Source: Camelus ferus (taxonomy: Eukaryota). From it: a stretch of 64,000 nt of DNA. The translations under genes were made by a program, and so were the position numbers. The stretch covers positions 109,432,001 to 109,496,000 of the forward strand of contig NC_045696.1 in NCBI RefSeq assembly GCF_009834535.1, in the 5' to 3' direction. Below the pieces are notes generated by a model that worked only from the letters and a program-made list of their open reading frames with translations, did no database searches and was not told where the DNA came from. Positions 25,662 through 39,165 of the stretch are shown in pieces (within the stretch, counting starts at the first letter, position 1; each line of letters begins with the position of its first letter).

Positions 25662-26289
25662 AGAAATGCAGGTTGCTGGACTCCTAATCTAGTGCTCACC
25701 GACAGGCCCCAACTCTGAGGACTGAGATATGGAGCTTGTCCCTGGGTCTACAGACCTCTCTAATCTGGTTCCCCGCGACCACGGGATCTGCCTTTGGGTC
25801 CTCCCAGAGGCCTGCATCTATCGGTGAGCCCCACGCCTGGAAATGAAAGACTGCTCAGGTCCCTGTGCCCTGAGGCACATCTGATCTGGAAGTTTCCCAG
25901 CAAGATCTGTCCCTGCCTCCGTTTGGGGCAGGAGGGACAAGGCTCAGACCCCTAATCTGAGGCAGGTTTCAAGCCCTGGAGTTAGAGGGTCCTGGACAGA
26001 GCCAGAGCATCTGTAACTGCTAAATCACGGATGATTCTCCAACTGCCCTATGAGGCTGGCATCGTAACCCCATTTTACCCTGTTTTCTAAAGGAGAAAAC
26101 TGATACTGTGAGCATTGGAGCAGCTTTCTCTGGGAACACCAGGACTGGAACGCAGTTAGCCCCATTCCACGGACTTTCCAAAAAAGGAGGAGGAGGAGGG
26201 GATGGGGAGAGAGAGAAACAGCAGCAAGAGAGACAGAATCTGGCACCTTCAGCACCAGGACCGCCAATCCCAGCCCCTGTCTGGATGAT

Positions 26290-26930
26290 TTCAGAAGCCT
26301 CTCAACTGGTGTCTACGTCCTTTCTGTTCCTTGGGCCATCTGTTCTCAACACAGCAGCAGCGAGCCTAGGAGAGTGTGGTCAAACCATACCCCTTCCTCG
26401 GCTCAGAGCCCTGCAGAGGCCTCGCAGCAGCGAGCCAAGCCCAGGTCCTGGCAGTGGCCTGTGAGCCTGACCCAGCCTGGCCTTGTTGCACTCCGATTTC
26501 CCCTCCCCATCCTCCTCCCCACCAGCCTGACCACAGGCCAACGTGCTGTCCCTACAACACTGCAGGCGCCCTCCTGGCCCAGGGCCTTTGTACGTGTTCT
26601 TCCTGCCTGGAACCCTCTTCTGCGGGCATCCTCATGGTCTAACTTCTTCTCCCTCTCGAGTCTGTGCTCCTGCGGGCCTTCCATGAGCACTTGGTTCAAT
26701 ACTGCAACGCGCCCCTGCCCAGCCCAGTGTTCCTGATCGCCTTCCAGCTCACAGCATTTCTTTTTCTTTTCCACTTTCCAATGTCGAGCACAATTTACTT
26801 ATTTATTATCTGCATTGTCTGTCTCCCTCTGGAAAACTCCTTTGTAAACGGATGAATCCCAAACACCTTGAACCGTGCTCCACACAGAGCAGGACCCTAA
26901 TGAACAACTCATTGGATAAACGCATTTGTT
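26290..26930 (+). mobile_element. L2 LINE 3' remnant
   Basis: ttctcaacacagcagcag...cagggcctttgtacgtgttcttcctgcctggaac...attgtctgtctccctctggaa. Confidence 0.7.
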
Positions 26931-27579
26931 GCGGGTACCCTGGGAAGACATGGCTCCTGCGTTGTCCTTATCTGGGTCCAGCGCACCCCTCCGGTGCTGA
27001 CTTTTTGCTTAGTTTTACCTCCTTAAGCCTCCAGTTTCTCATTCCCAAAATACGATTTATTTTGCAATAAAATACACATGGGGGGGCCTCACAGAGCACC
27101 TGGCCCACAGCAGGCATGTGAGAGCAACTGCAGGGAGGAGTGACTGTTCAGCAAATAAATGTTACAAGATGGAGCTCGGGCACACGAATAGGACGAGTCG
27201 AGTGAGTGCCCGCAAACTTGATTCGGGTGTGCAGCTCTTCTCAGAGGAAATATCTCCTTCCTTCCCTGGAGGGAAATGCTCTGGTCCCCAGAGCAGTGAG
27301 TTTGCGAGAACAGCGGGGAGGACTGAGGGGGCCTGGTCTCAGCCCAGCTTGTTCACTTCCTGGCGGGAGGCTCAGGGCCACCAAATTCACCTCCCTGGAC
27401 CTCTGTTTCCTCATCTGTGAAATCAGAGAAGGATGCTGTCTCTGTTGACTTCAGAGGAAGGGGTTAAAGGGATTGAAGGAGAAAGCGTGCATGAAATGCT
27501 TTGTGGGCAACATGGGATTGCCCTCATGGGTGGGGGGCCCGGCTGCCCCCCAGGGTAAGGTGCCTGCTGCTTCTGCAGG

Positions 27580-27921
27580 TGTCACGGGTCGGCTTGTGTC
27601 CTCCCAAATTCACATGTTCTGCCCACAGAATGTGAGACAGGGGCCGTAGAGAGGTAATTAGATTAAAATGAAGTCCTGAGGGTCACTTTCATCCCATACG
27701 GGCGGTGCCTTATAAGAAGAGGAACAGGGAACATGGACACACACAGAGGAAGATGATGCGAAGGCAGGGAGAAGACGGCCTCAGAAGAAACCGGCCCTGC
27801 CGACATCTTGACTTTGGACTTTCAGGCTCCAGAGCTCTGGGACATTCGTTTCCTGTCGTGTGAGCCCCCAGCCTGCGGAGTCTGTGGAGCTGTCATCCCA
27901 GGAGCCCCAGGAAGCAAAGAG
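27580..27921 (+). mobile_element. MLT1B/C-type MaLR LTR
   Basis: gtgtcctcccaaattcacatgtt...ccttataagaagagga...gaagaaaccggccctgccgacatcttgactttggactttcaggctccagagct. Confidence 0.85.
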
Positions 27922-30900
27922 AGCAGTTACGGATGAGACTGATGGAAGGCTAGGAAGCCCAGAGAATGGAGCTCGCCTCCTCTCCTGCTCAGAACCCCCT
28001 CCCCAAACACACACACTGACCCCAAACCTCAGTCCCCCAGGGCCCTGCGTTCACCCCCTGCCTCCCTGGTCCTGGGGTCCTACTGGGTCTCTCAGCCTGA
28101 AAGGTCCCGTAGCTCAAGAGGAGTGTCGGTGGCACCACGGGGGCCGTCTCTGGGCCAAGACCCTCAGGAGCACAGACTGCTGAGATTCCACAAGGTGGGG
28201 GTTTCTGGAAGGTTCTTGGTCATGTTGATTGAGAAGGAAAGTGCAGCCTCTGCTCACCTTTTTCCTGTTGGCAGTCCGAGGAGAGAAATCTGTTTTCTCT
28301 GGATAGGGCTGGCACACAGCCAGGGCCTGGGCCCAACCCCTTGGTCTCCCCAAGTTCTCCAAGGCCCGATCTGGGGCATGGGACCTCTGGGGTTGGGAGG
28401 TCTGCCGTGTGGAGTGACTGCCCCTGGGTGGTGGCATTTCAGATCCCACCTGTGAGAGCACAGGTGGGGGGAGTGCAGCTCAGGGATCACTTCCACGAGG
28501 CAGCTCACCTCCTGCACTGGGTTTCTGTGGTCACAGCTCGTGGCAGGCCCACTCGCCTCCCCCAGACCCAGCCCTGCCCCTCTTTCAGGTCACACACCCC
28601 TTTAAACTGCTTCGGTCAACAATACAGGCTAGCGGTCAGGGGCAGGAGGCCCACGCATCAGTGCTGTGTCTGCGGGCCCTCTTGGAAGTTGCCGGCTCAG
28701 GTGCTGGGGTAGCAATCCTGTGAAACCTTGGTGGAAAGTCTCCTATTTCTTCTGCTGAGTAAGGGAAAAGATCAACAAAACGAGGCTTTTCTTGGCAAAA
28801 CAAGGCCACCCACGTACACTCTTTTTAAAAAATCTAGGCGTAACTGTGAGCGTTGGTTTCTTGTGGAACTGTCTGGCTGCCGCACGCGGTCTCAGGCAAT
28901 CTCTTCATTTGACTGGCTCCTGACTTTGAAAACAGGAGTCCAAGGGACAGGCCAACATCCCCCGGCAGCCCACACCCACCCCCCAGGGGATGTGGGGACA
29001 GAGGTCTGAATCCCCGCCCCACAACCTTGCTCCCAGCTGCCGCGAGGGGTGAAGGAGACCCTCAAGACCAGCCAGCCTGGGTCAGCTGAGCACAGCCCCC
29101 AAGGGGCAGGCTGTTCTGTAAAAGCCTTGCCTCTGTGGTAGCTGCTGGCACTCGGGGCTGCAGCTCCACAGGGAATCCTGTTTGCCATGGGACGGGGTCC
29201 AGAACTCAGGCTGTAGCTTTGGGTGTGAGTATTCCATCCTGCTGAATTATTTTCAGTGCAGGGCTCAAGACTTCTGTTCCTTCCTTCCTGCCTTTCCATA
29301 ACTAGGGACTAACAGAAGTTGTCAAGATCCGTGGCTTCTAATCTATCTGTGCAAAGGATCAAATTAAAATGGGCTTTTCCTGACAGTTCCAAGGGTGGAT
29401 TAGCATCCTGTGCTTGGGGGAGGGAGGTGCGGGGCTGAGTGACCTGAGACCCCACCTTTTGTCCTCCATCAGCGGGGGAGGCTCCTGGGGTCACCGAGGA
29501 GCTGGTCTGGGTCCCCACACGTCTAGGCATCCCCAGAGGCCCCTCGGTGCCGGTGGCCCTCTGCAGCCTGGGCTGGAAGCTCCCCGGGGAAGGAAGCTGC
29601 CTCACTCCGGGGCCCTGCCTGCATTTGCAACTGATAACTGTGACGCCTGAGCTCAGTGGACCCACTGCCAGGGAGTTTCCTCCTTGCCTTTGCCTCCACA
29701 TTAACGTGAAGGCAAATAACCCATAACCCAACAGGAATGTTTTATAAGATGTTTAGGGAGTTTCCTGGTCGTCACCACACATTAGCTCTCCATACCTCCC
29801 GCTTCGGCTGCCTGATGCAGTTGGAATTTAGAAGGATGCCCCAGGAATCAGAAAATCCTGACTAATTGTTGTGGCTATTCAATCATGCTTACTAGAGGAA
29901 TCTTACCAAGTCAGGAAAATGAGAAATATGTTCAGGAAAGATTTTCAGTAACAGCATTTGAAACCACGCTGGGCAATCTGTGGTCGTTGGAGTGTCCACC
30001 CCACCCCCAGGGGCTCTGATCTGACCGACTATGACCCACTGTCCTGACCACAGCTGCGTGTTCCGCCCCAAGGCAGCTGCTCGCTGGTGGGAAAAAAGAG
30101 AGCCGGAGTGTGGGTCCAGTCTGGCCAGTGCCTGGCTGCCTTTGGTTTCAGAGTGGTTCCACATGGGCTGGAATCTGGCTGATGCTGGAGGTCCTCTCTC
30201 AGGGAGTTTTGACTCGGGACATGCAGAGCAAGAAGCAGTAAGACAGACGGACACGTGGAGGTGTGAGGAAGTCATCCTGAGAGAGTGGCACATCCACCAG
30301 GGCAAGAGCCACAGATGTCAGCTTCGGGGAGTGGCAGATGAGGGGTCACCTTGGCAGAGTGGGTCTCCTGGACACATGGATGGGCCCCTGACCGCATGGA
30401 CATACATCCCAGCCCTGCACTTACAAGCTGTAGGACTTCGGGCAAGTCTCAGACTCTCTAAGCCTCGCCATCCTCCCCCTCAAATGGGAACTATTTCATG
30501 GGGCTGCTGTGAGCATGATGTGATAATGCGCCCGGAGCATCTGGTGCTGGGCCTGGGACCCGGGCCAGGCAGATGCTCAACAAGCACTTGCTGTTCTTAG
30601 TGTTAAACCCAAACCCGAGTCCTGACAGCAGGCACTGCAGGCGTCCCTGCTTGTGTATTTCTCTCTGTCCTTCCTTTCTCCCTTTCCAACTAAATTGAGT
30701 GTGTCTGTATTCTTGGCAGCTTGGAAGAGTCTCTCTAACATGGAAATAAAAAGAACCATATCGATTTGCCCGAGAACCCAGGAGGCCAGGAGGCCCGCCT
30801 CCTGCAGCACTCTGTGTTAAACGTGTGGGACAAGCAGCTGGCAGGTGGTGGCCTAGCCTTTGAAGGGCTGGGTCTCCAGTGCCCTTTGGGTCAGTGCAAA

Positions 30901-33054
30901 CAGAGCAAAATGCAATTGTGGGGCCCTACCTGGTGGAGCTCAGGAAGGTGCTGGAGGCCGTTCCAAGACTGGAGCGGTGGGAGGGAGCAGGTGTCCCCTC
31001 CCATCCAGAGGAGGAATGGCAGCCCCAGGGGCTTGGTGTCCATCCACACCGAGGCCGTGCACTTTGTGTGTGTGAGTGTGTGTGCACGCGCACATAAGGA
31101 GGGTGGACATGCGAGAGTGCAGGCTGATCCATGTCCGTGCGTGCGTGTGGGCTCCTGCCAGGACCGGTGTGCGAGGGTGGAGCTGGGGGAGGGGAGTGTG
31201 TGCAGCTTGTATTTGGGGAGTGCTGAGGGGGGAACCCGAGGATGGGTCCCGTGCACAGATGTGTGTGGTCCTACGTGCAGATGGCTGTGCGTGTCCAAGC
31301 ATGTGTGCAATTCTGTGCGTGGCGGGGCCTGTGGGGAGACGACCCTTTGTCTTCAGTGGCTCAGCTGGCGCTAGTGCAGGGTGGGGTGGGGCAGCCACCT
31401 CGTCACCCGGCTCACGGGCTGCACTGCCAGCCTCTGTAGGGCCTGTGGCGTCCTGGGAACCGGAGCCCTTCAGGCACTGCTGATGGAAGGCAGGAATGAG
31501 GAAGTCCCAAAGGTTCCTCTGGGTTTTCATTTCAAGGGACACAAAGTAACCTTTGCCTGTGCCACTTGGGCTGCTGCTGCTCTGCCCCTCCCCAGGGAGG
31601 GGAGACCAGTTTCACTTTTCTTCCTGTTGTTTTCACTTTGACTCTCTTGATTAAACACCTAGAAAGGTGGGGCAGCGATGGAGATGGGTGCCCGGCTCAG
31701 GTGCCTTCGAGAGGGTCCTGGCCAAGGTGGGCCCTCCTGCGCGGAGGCAGCAGGTTCATGAACCAGCTTGTTCCAGACCCATGGCTGTGCTGGGCTGGCC
31801 CGGCTGACCTGATGAGAGAGGCTCGACTTCCCAGAGCACACGGACCTCGGGCCTCCTTGTGCTGCTAAAGAAACAGCTCTGGAGAGGAGGCGTGGTTTGT
31901 CCAAAGCAACGCAGAGACGCGGGGCCAGAGCTGGGAGCAGACCCAGCTGTCAGGCCTGGTATTGGTGGAAGACATCTGGCTGATTGGCCAACAGCAGGTA
32001 AAGGCAGGCGCTGAACCCCTGACCTGGGTGCTAACAGTCTCTACCAGACTGTGTGGCTCCCTACACCTCTGTCCACCCAAGCCTACCCCCATGGCCACTT
32101 TGTTACTGCCCTCACTGTCCGCTCCTGCTGGATTAGGGCCAGGCAGGCCACACTCACTCAACAGGCCTGGGGTCCCCCCAGCACTTCTCCCAGGGTAATA
32201 AACTTGGGCTTCTCAGCCCTAGTCACCCACCCTTGAGACAGCCACCCCTTGCTCCCAGGAGGGCCCCTTTGTGGGACAGGCCGTGAGCAGACCCGCTCTC
32301 TCTGGGTCCCCAGCTCCCCAAGCCCCCTCCCATCTGGACGATGCCCGACTTACGCTTGCCCATTGCCTCCCAGAGCCTGGGGCTCCTTTGGAAGGTCATC
32401 TAGCCTCTGCATTCTCCAGAGTGTCCCCAACTACAACAACAACACATGACCCCCCGGCCACCGTGTGTCCCCACAGACACTGTGCATCCCCAAAACCTGC
32501 AGGCAAGCTGCCCTCTCCTGGCCTGCACGACCCAGTCCAGCTCTGCCTGAGGCTTGCTCTCTGGGCTCCCTCTCCCATCACCCCCTGGGTCTCCATCTGT
32601 GTTAACAAGCTGTGTCCTCAGCCTGAAATAAGTACGCTCCGCATTTCAAATAAAATAATGGTAGTCTTTTCCCAATTCACAGAAACAGCTGAGTACAAAC
32701 TATATTTTAAGCCCTTCTTTCATTAAACTTTAGACATCTGTGACCTCAAAATGAGACACCATAAGACGTTTGATATGAAGCACCTAGGTTCAGTTTGTCA
32801 CTCTCGGGCTTCACATTAAATTTGGCTACGGTTTATTTTTACCCCACTGGCATGTTTCGTGTGTCTAAGACGAAATACTTGCATGAAGACCCTCGCTTGT
32901 GGAATGGATTAAATGGGCCCATTCTCTGGGAGGTCCCTTAAGAGTGGCTTTGCAGTCACCTGACCAGGGGGCATCCCCTGCCTCTTGAGTGTCTGGGGAC
33001 CAGCCTGGAGGCTTGTCACCAGCACCCTGAACGGCCCTCCACCACCTAGTGAGG

Positions 33055-33243
33055 CTAGTTGTTAAATTTAGCAAGTCAGAATACAGGACATCTAGTTCAG
33101 TGTGAATTTCCAGGAAACAATTTTTTTTTTGAGTATAAGCATGTCCCATGCAATTTGGGGACATGCTTATACTAAACAAAAAATTTGTTGTTTGTTGGAA
33201 ATTCAAAGTGAACTGAGCATCTGTTATTTCACTTGGTGACCCT
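33055..33243. mobile_element. MER53 palindromic hAT MITE
   Basis: atttagcaagtcagaatacaggac...gaatttcc...agtataagcatgtcccatgcaatttggggacatgcttatactaaa...gaaattcaaagtgaactg...tggtgaccct; the element is one long inverted repeat. Confidence 0.9.
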
Positions 33244-33559
33244 GACCCAGCGCCTGCATTCACTGGTGTCTGCCATCTGGTTTCAGAGGCTCTATAAGCA
33301 ACTTGTTACTAGCGGTAAAAAAACTGAAATTTGTCAATGATCTACGTGTGAGGGCAGGCTTGGGCCTCTCCTGCCGTAATGCCCTGCTCTCAGGTTCTAG
33401 AAAGTGCATTCAGCCTCTGGCCAAACTTACTGATGCCCAGCCCCTCCGGCCCCTCAGAGGTCACTCCAGCACGTCAGTTCATGCAGCGGTCACAGAGGCA
33501 CAGTGCTTGGATTCATGCCTCCACAATCTCTCTTGCTTTACTTTCTCTTCTTTGTCCAT

Positions 33560-33913
33560 TGCTATAGGCTAAATGTTTTCGCCTCCCAAGTTCATATGTT
33601 GAAATCTCATCCCCAAGGTAGATGGTATTTGGAGGTGGGGCCTTTGGGAAGGATGAGGTTGTGAGGGTGGAGCCCTCAAGAATGGGATTAGTGCCCTTAT
33701 GAAAGGGACCCCAAAGACCTCCCTCTCCCCTTCTGCTATGTAAGGACACAGTGAAAGGATGCTATCTGTGAACTGTGAAGCAGGTTCTCACCAGACACCA
33801 AATCTGTTGGAGCCTTGATCTTGGACTTTCAGACTCCAGAAGTGAGAGAAGTACATTTCTGTTGCTTATAAGCCACCCAGGCAACAGCATTTTGTTATCG
33901 CAGGCCAAATACA
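33560..33913 (+). mobile_element. MLT1A-type MaLR LTR
   Basis: tgctatagg...ttcatatgttgaaatc...gtatttggaggtggggcctttgg...gaatgggattagtgcccttat...ccttgatcttggacttt...ataagccacccag...aca. Confidence 0.9.
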
Positions 33914-36799
33914 TTCTTGGAAAGGAAGAAGGTGGTGTAACAAGAGCTCCCAGCCGGATTGACATCGCACTTGGGTGTGGAGGATGCCTGAGAGTCTTCG
34001 TGACCGATTCCCACGAGAGCTCCGAGCTGGGCGTTATCCTGGTGAATGACACCACTGTACACATCTGTTAGTTAAATAATAAATAAGGGGTTTTTTACTC
34101 CATAACATTTCCAAACCTTCTTAGCAATACTTGTGGATTGAAGATACTCAAATGAAATAAACATTTATTGAAAAATATTCAATATTTAAAAACTTAGATT
34201 AATCGTATTCATTTTTTCCCGTGAAGTATCACATTTTTAGGCTGATGTGTTTACTCCTGTGCTTGTGAAATGTTCTGGGATGATTGCTCCAAAAGACATG
34301 TCTGTGGCAGGCTCTGTTCCACTTCCCTGCACGGGGTTCTGGTCGGCTCCGGAGGGGGTCGTGGCCTGGGTTCCTGCCCGCTTCCCAGCTTGGAGGGGGC
34401 GGCAGCCACATTTCCTTTGACATCAGCCTGGGCTGAAATCGTTGGCAGATTGACTCAGAAACCTGCTAGAAACTCCTATTTCTTCTCATCGTGGTTTCCC
34501 TGAAGATGCCAGGTCACGAGCTGCATTGGATGTTGACAGACGAGTGGGAGAGAGGGTTGCTGCACTGTCTTTTATTTGTGGAGGCAAAGGGCCAGGATGG
34601 GAGGGTGCAGACCCCGGCCTCGGCTGACGGATGGGTGGACTTCCTGCTTGCCCGCTCCAGGGGCTCCTCTCCGGGAAGACACTTAGGCATCCCAGCCCAG
34701 AGAGGGAAGCCTGGGGCTCCGACTTTGGGCCACGTGGCCCCACTGGGCAGTGTTGCCCAACCCCGTCCAGCATGAGCCGTGCCTGCCTGGCTGGCTGGAG
34801 GCGAGGGTTGGGGGACAACAGCCATTTGCTGGAGCAGCACACGTGGAGTCTCCTAAGGCTGGGACCTGGGGCAACACTGTCCAAAGAAAGGAGAATGTTG
34901 GGGGAGGGGGGCGGTACTTGACATGAGTTTAAGTACCCAAAACTTTAGCATTCTGGGAAATGATTACGAATGTTTTCCTAGTTCGTTCAAAACTAGAAAA
35001 ATGTGACACCAAACTTGCCAAGAACCATTTACTATGCCATGGCACACTGCAGAGTGATTCTTTTAACCTCTGCCTCAGCGGCACAGTGTGTGGCCATTTT
35101 GATAAAGATGGCTTTGTCTGCCTGGCGAGATTGTGACTTCCTTAAGGGGACAGCTGTGCCTGGCTTGCTGTGGGTCATTGGTCTTGGTCATTGTTGGAAC
35201 CAGGCACAAGGAGAGGCAGGGATGTGTACCATCTTCCCAACTCCTGGCTCCAAAAAGCAAGTTTATTTTACAAGTTGGCCACCAAATCAATTCTTTAAAA
35301 ACATCTTCCATCTACCTTGTAGTGACCTTTGGCTCCCATCCCTGGCCCTTCTTTGTTCTTTAATTCTCCTTTGAGGCCCCAGATCTCCTGAGGTCTGGGA
35401 ATGGGGTAGGGGCACCACTTCATGAGGAATCCACAAGGGGAGGGACCCCTGTCACCAGAGGACACCTTCCCTTGAAGATTCCTGAAGCTTTAAATCTCCA
35501 GAGAAGGGGACACAGCCCTTCGTCCAGTTGGGGCCATCAGGGGGTAGTCAGGGACTCCTGGGGCGGGAGGGAGGGCTGGGCTGGCTGAGTGCACGGGGAG
35601 CCTGTGGCCTGGGATTTTCATGTGTTGCTGATGACTGCTCCATGTTCCCTGGCAGGATGAAGAAGGATGTGTTTTATGCCCCATCTGAGAACTTTAAAAA
35701 GGGAAGGATGAAAAGAAACAGAAAAAACTCAGTTTAGATGAGGGTAGCCAGGATCACATCAGATCTTCTGGAATGGACAGATTTTCCTGGAGTGAACCCA
35801 TTCATTCACTCAACAGATGTTTACTGAGCATCTTTTGACTGCCTGGCAGGGATCCAGGCACCTCTCCCTGGGCTCTATTAAATTGTGGCTGTTTCGAATG
35901 ACTGAGTCAGACCTGGGTCTCGGTAAGGAAGGGAGTATCGTGTTATTACAGTGCCTACCAAAGAAAGTATCAAACACTCTTGGGCTTCATGCAAAGAAAC
36001 TCAGTCCCGGCCTCAGCAGCTTCATGTGATCATGAACACAAATGTGCCAGCCCTCCGAGCAGAAGCTCCTCCTTCCTATGCAGATAGATCAGCCCTTGTT
36101 GGCTGTGGGAAACAGGGCAGACCCTTGGCAGGGGCTCAAGGTGAAGGCTGTATATTTAGCCCTTTGAGCAGATGAGGGCAGAGAGGAAGGAGAGGGCAGC
36201 GCTGAGGCTCTCCCCCCCGGGGGAGCGATGCTAGCCTTGGGCTGTCTTCACGGTTCTGCAGCAGCACATTCATTCAGTCCATTTCCTCTTCAGGGGGGCA
36301 GCGGCCCTTCGTGGAGGGTCCTCTGACTCTCAGCCCAGAAGTGGGTGCTGGGAAGGAGCTTAGGGGCCTTAGAGGAAACCAAGAAAGAATTCCGAGTGCC
36401 CTTATTAGATAATATTTTTAGGTCTTTGCTGAAGCACGGCTTTGTGTGCTTTTAAAACACAAAGAACAGAGCATAGAGAAACTGCACGGTTAGAAAGGAA
36501 GGTCTGAGTCTAATCTGAAAGCAGGCAGAGCACCCTCTGATGGCCATCACTGCCACTTACCTCCGCCTCGAGCACCATTAATGACCATTTTAATACCTAT
36601 TTCTGTTCTTCAGCCACAGCAACAATGACCAAGAGCAAGTTGGAAAATGAGCCAAGAGTGAGTCCAAGCCAAGGTTAAGGGCCTCACCATTGTGAGCCAA
36701 GCCCAAATGGAGCAGAACCTTCCCCAAGCTTGGGTGGCAGGGGCCCACTGAGCTGGCCATATTCACTGAGGGGCTCGGGACAAGGCACTTTTCTCTAAT

Positions 36800-36912
36800 G
36801 TGGTGGTTCTCAAAGCCTGGTCCATGGACCACCAGCAGCAGCATCACTTAGGAACACGTAAGAAATGCAAATTCTTGGTCCCTCCCAGACCCGCTGCATC
36901 AGAAGCTCCTGG
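36800..36912. mobile_element. MER5A hAT-Charlie fragment
   Basis: gtggttctcaaag...ggtccatggaccaccagcagcagcatcacttagga...agaaatgcaaattctt. Confidence 0.8.
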
Positions 36913-37202
36913 GTGCCACAAGCAGCCGGAGTCGGGGCAGGGGAAGCAAGAGGGGGCGGTGTGTAGACCAAGCCCGGAGAGAGCTCCTGCTAGGCTAGGG
37001 CATGTCTGAGGCTGCAGAGAACCCACCGGGAGCAGAACCCAGGTGTTGGGGGATAAATTAACAAGGCCCCTCCATGGTGATCCGGTCAAGAGCAATCCAT
37101 CATGATTGTGAGAACCCCAGGCCAGTTTGCAGTGGGTTGAGCCATGAATAGCAAGTGAGAAAAATAGAGACAATCTCAGGAAGCTTGTCCATAAAAGAGG
37201 AC

Positions 37203-37224
37203 AAAAAAAAAAAAAAAAAAAAAA
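37203..37224 (+). repeat. Poly(A)22 tract
   Basis: Direct reading. Confidence 0.9.
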
Positions 37225-38974
37225 GACAGTGGTAGGAAGAAGCCAAGGAGTGGGCAGTTGCTCTGTTATTAATGTGGGGGAACGTGAAAACATAAGCAAA
37301 TTTGCTGTAGAAAGAGGTTCAGGAAAGAGAGAGACAGACAGAGAGAGAGATGACGCTGTGGGGTTGGGTCGGGGGAGGTGGAGGAAATTTGAAGCAGTAA
37401 ATTACTACCCAAGAAAGCAGGAGGGGATGGACCGAGGGCACAGCCCGAGGGATGGTCACTCTTGATCAAGAAGAAAGACAACACTTCCGGGGAATTCTGG
37501 GGGTTCTAGGCTGCAAGGAAGTGAAAATAGGTGGGGACAGACAGATGGGAGACCTGAAGGCACTAAAGCCCCGTGTGACTCTGTGAAGCGCAAGGCCAGC
37601 TGCAGTGGGATGTGGCCGCAGTAGAATGCAGGTGTTCCGGGTGGAGCCGTTCCCGGTGGAAGGAGGCGCCTGGGGTGTGGGTGCAGGTGACTGATGTGCT
37701 GGGAGGTCAAGGCCTCAAAGTGGAAAAGGTCAATAACTGAGGGCATAGGACTGGCCCATGTGTACATGGAAGCTGTCCAGCCTGGTGGTGGTGTGGAGGC
37801 CCAGAGGAAAAACTCTGGGTCAAGGCGACGGCCTTGGACAGAGCCCTGGTGAGGGATGGGAGACAGAAATGAGGAAGGGCTGAGGGGGCCTAGGCTGGAT
37901 GTCTGAGCTTTGCAGGAGGCAGGGCTCAAGGAGCAGAGGCTTGAAAGTGGCCACAGGGACCTGGGAGAAAGCCCCGGGTCAGCCCCACAGCCACTGCCTG
38001 AGCCTGGATGCCAGGAGCAGCTCTGCTCAGGAAGGTGCAGGGCAGCAGGCCCTGAGGGCTGCCGGGTCACCTGAGATGCAGGTGGAGGGCGCAGAGGGGC
38101 AGAGGCTGAGGTGGTGGGGGATGGGACCATAGACCCGGATTCGAGGTGGGCTGAGCTGGAAGGGGCAGGGCAGTGGTTGCAGCTGGGTATGGGAAGAAGG
38201 AAGCCTAGAGGGACCTGGAGGTGGAAGAGACAGAGGATGTGGATCCAAAGACCCTGAGTTGGGGCCATGTCCCAGGCCAGGGCAGGAGCCTAGCTGGTGG
38301 ACTGCGTGGGCACAGGCTGAACCACAGAGGCCCAGGGGTCCAGCCCAAACACTGTAGGCTCCAAGTCTGAGGGAGGAGGCTGGGGTCAGGGGTCTGAAAT
38401 CCGTTCCCTGAATTATGGTGGAAACATTCCCAACCAGCTGCGGTTGGTGATGTTCTCTTATTGCCTTTGATGCCCTCCTCTCACTCTGCCTGGATAAAGC
38501 CCATCCTAGTGCAGCTCTCACCTTCTCCACCACTTTCCTGAGCATCCTGATATACAGGCTCATGTACATAGACATATAAACAAAATTGGTGGGTCTTTTC
38601 TGATTATATGCCAATCAAAGATTTAGCACATACGTTTTATGTGGATGTTATTGTATCAGTGTATTATGCATATCATAAATGTTTAAAAATAGAAATGAAA
38701 AAATATGAGACAGAAAACAGCTCTAAGTATAAGCTGTGATGTATTCTGCCCACTGCCCCCGAGAGATGGTCCTGAACTCCCACCAGCTGTATACGCTCCC
38801 TTTTGTGATGGCTGGGTTGCATCAGAGCTGCTGGAGGTGTGCTGGTGTCTCAGATTTGCTCCAGGTTGCCTTTGTGAATAAGAATCATGTCATAGGTATA
38901 TTGGATGCTCAGTAAATATTTGTGAAAGGGACAATAATAAGTCAGCCTGGGAGGTTTTAGAATAGAAGCCACGT

Positions 38975-39165
38975 CACAGCACGGCCAGTGGCTCGGACTT
39001 TGGAACCAGATGGGTCGCAGTGCAAGTTCCAGCTCTGTCCCTCACCAGCCTGTGACTGAGGGCATATTCCTTGGTTTGCTGAACCTCGGTTTTCTCCCCA
39101 ATGAAAGGGGCACAATGCCCACAGCTCCCCGCAGGCTGCTGTGAGGCCGGAGTTCAGCGTAAGGG
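38975..39165 (+). mobile_element. MIR SINE
   Basis: ggactttggaaccagat...gttccagctctgtccctcaccagcctgtgact...ctgaacctcggttttctcc. Confidence 0.7.

Noticed and set aside
31060..31330. Degenerate TG-rich region giving Cys/Val or His/Thr-rich ORFs
   Set aside because: Decayed simple repeat; the peptides are compositional artefacts.
37456..38268. 270-aa minus-strand ORF
   Set aside because: Pro/Ser-rich, overlaps L2-like decayed sequence, no recognisable homology.
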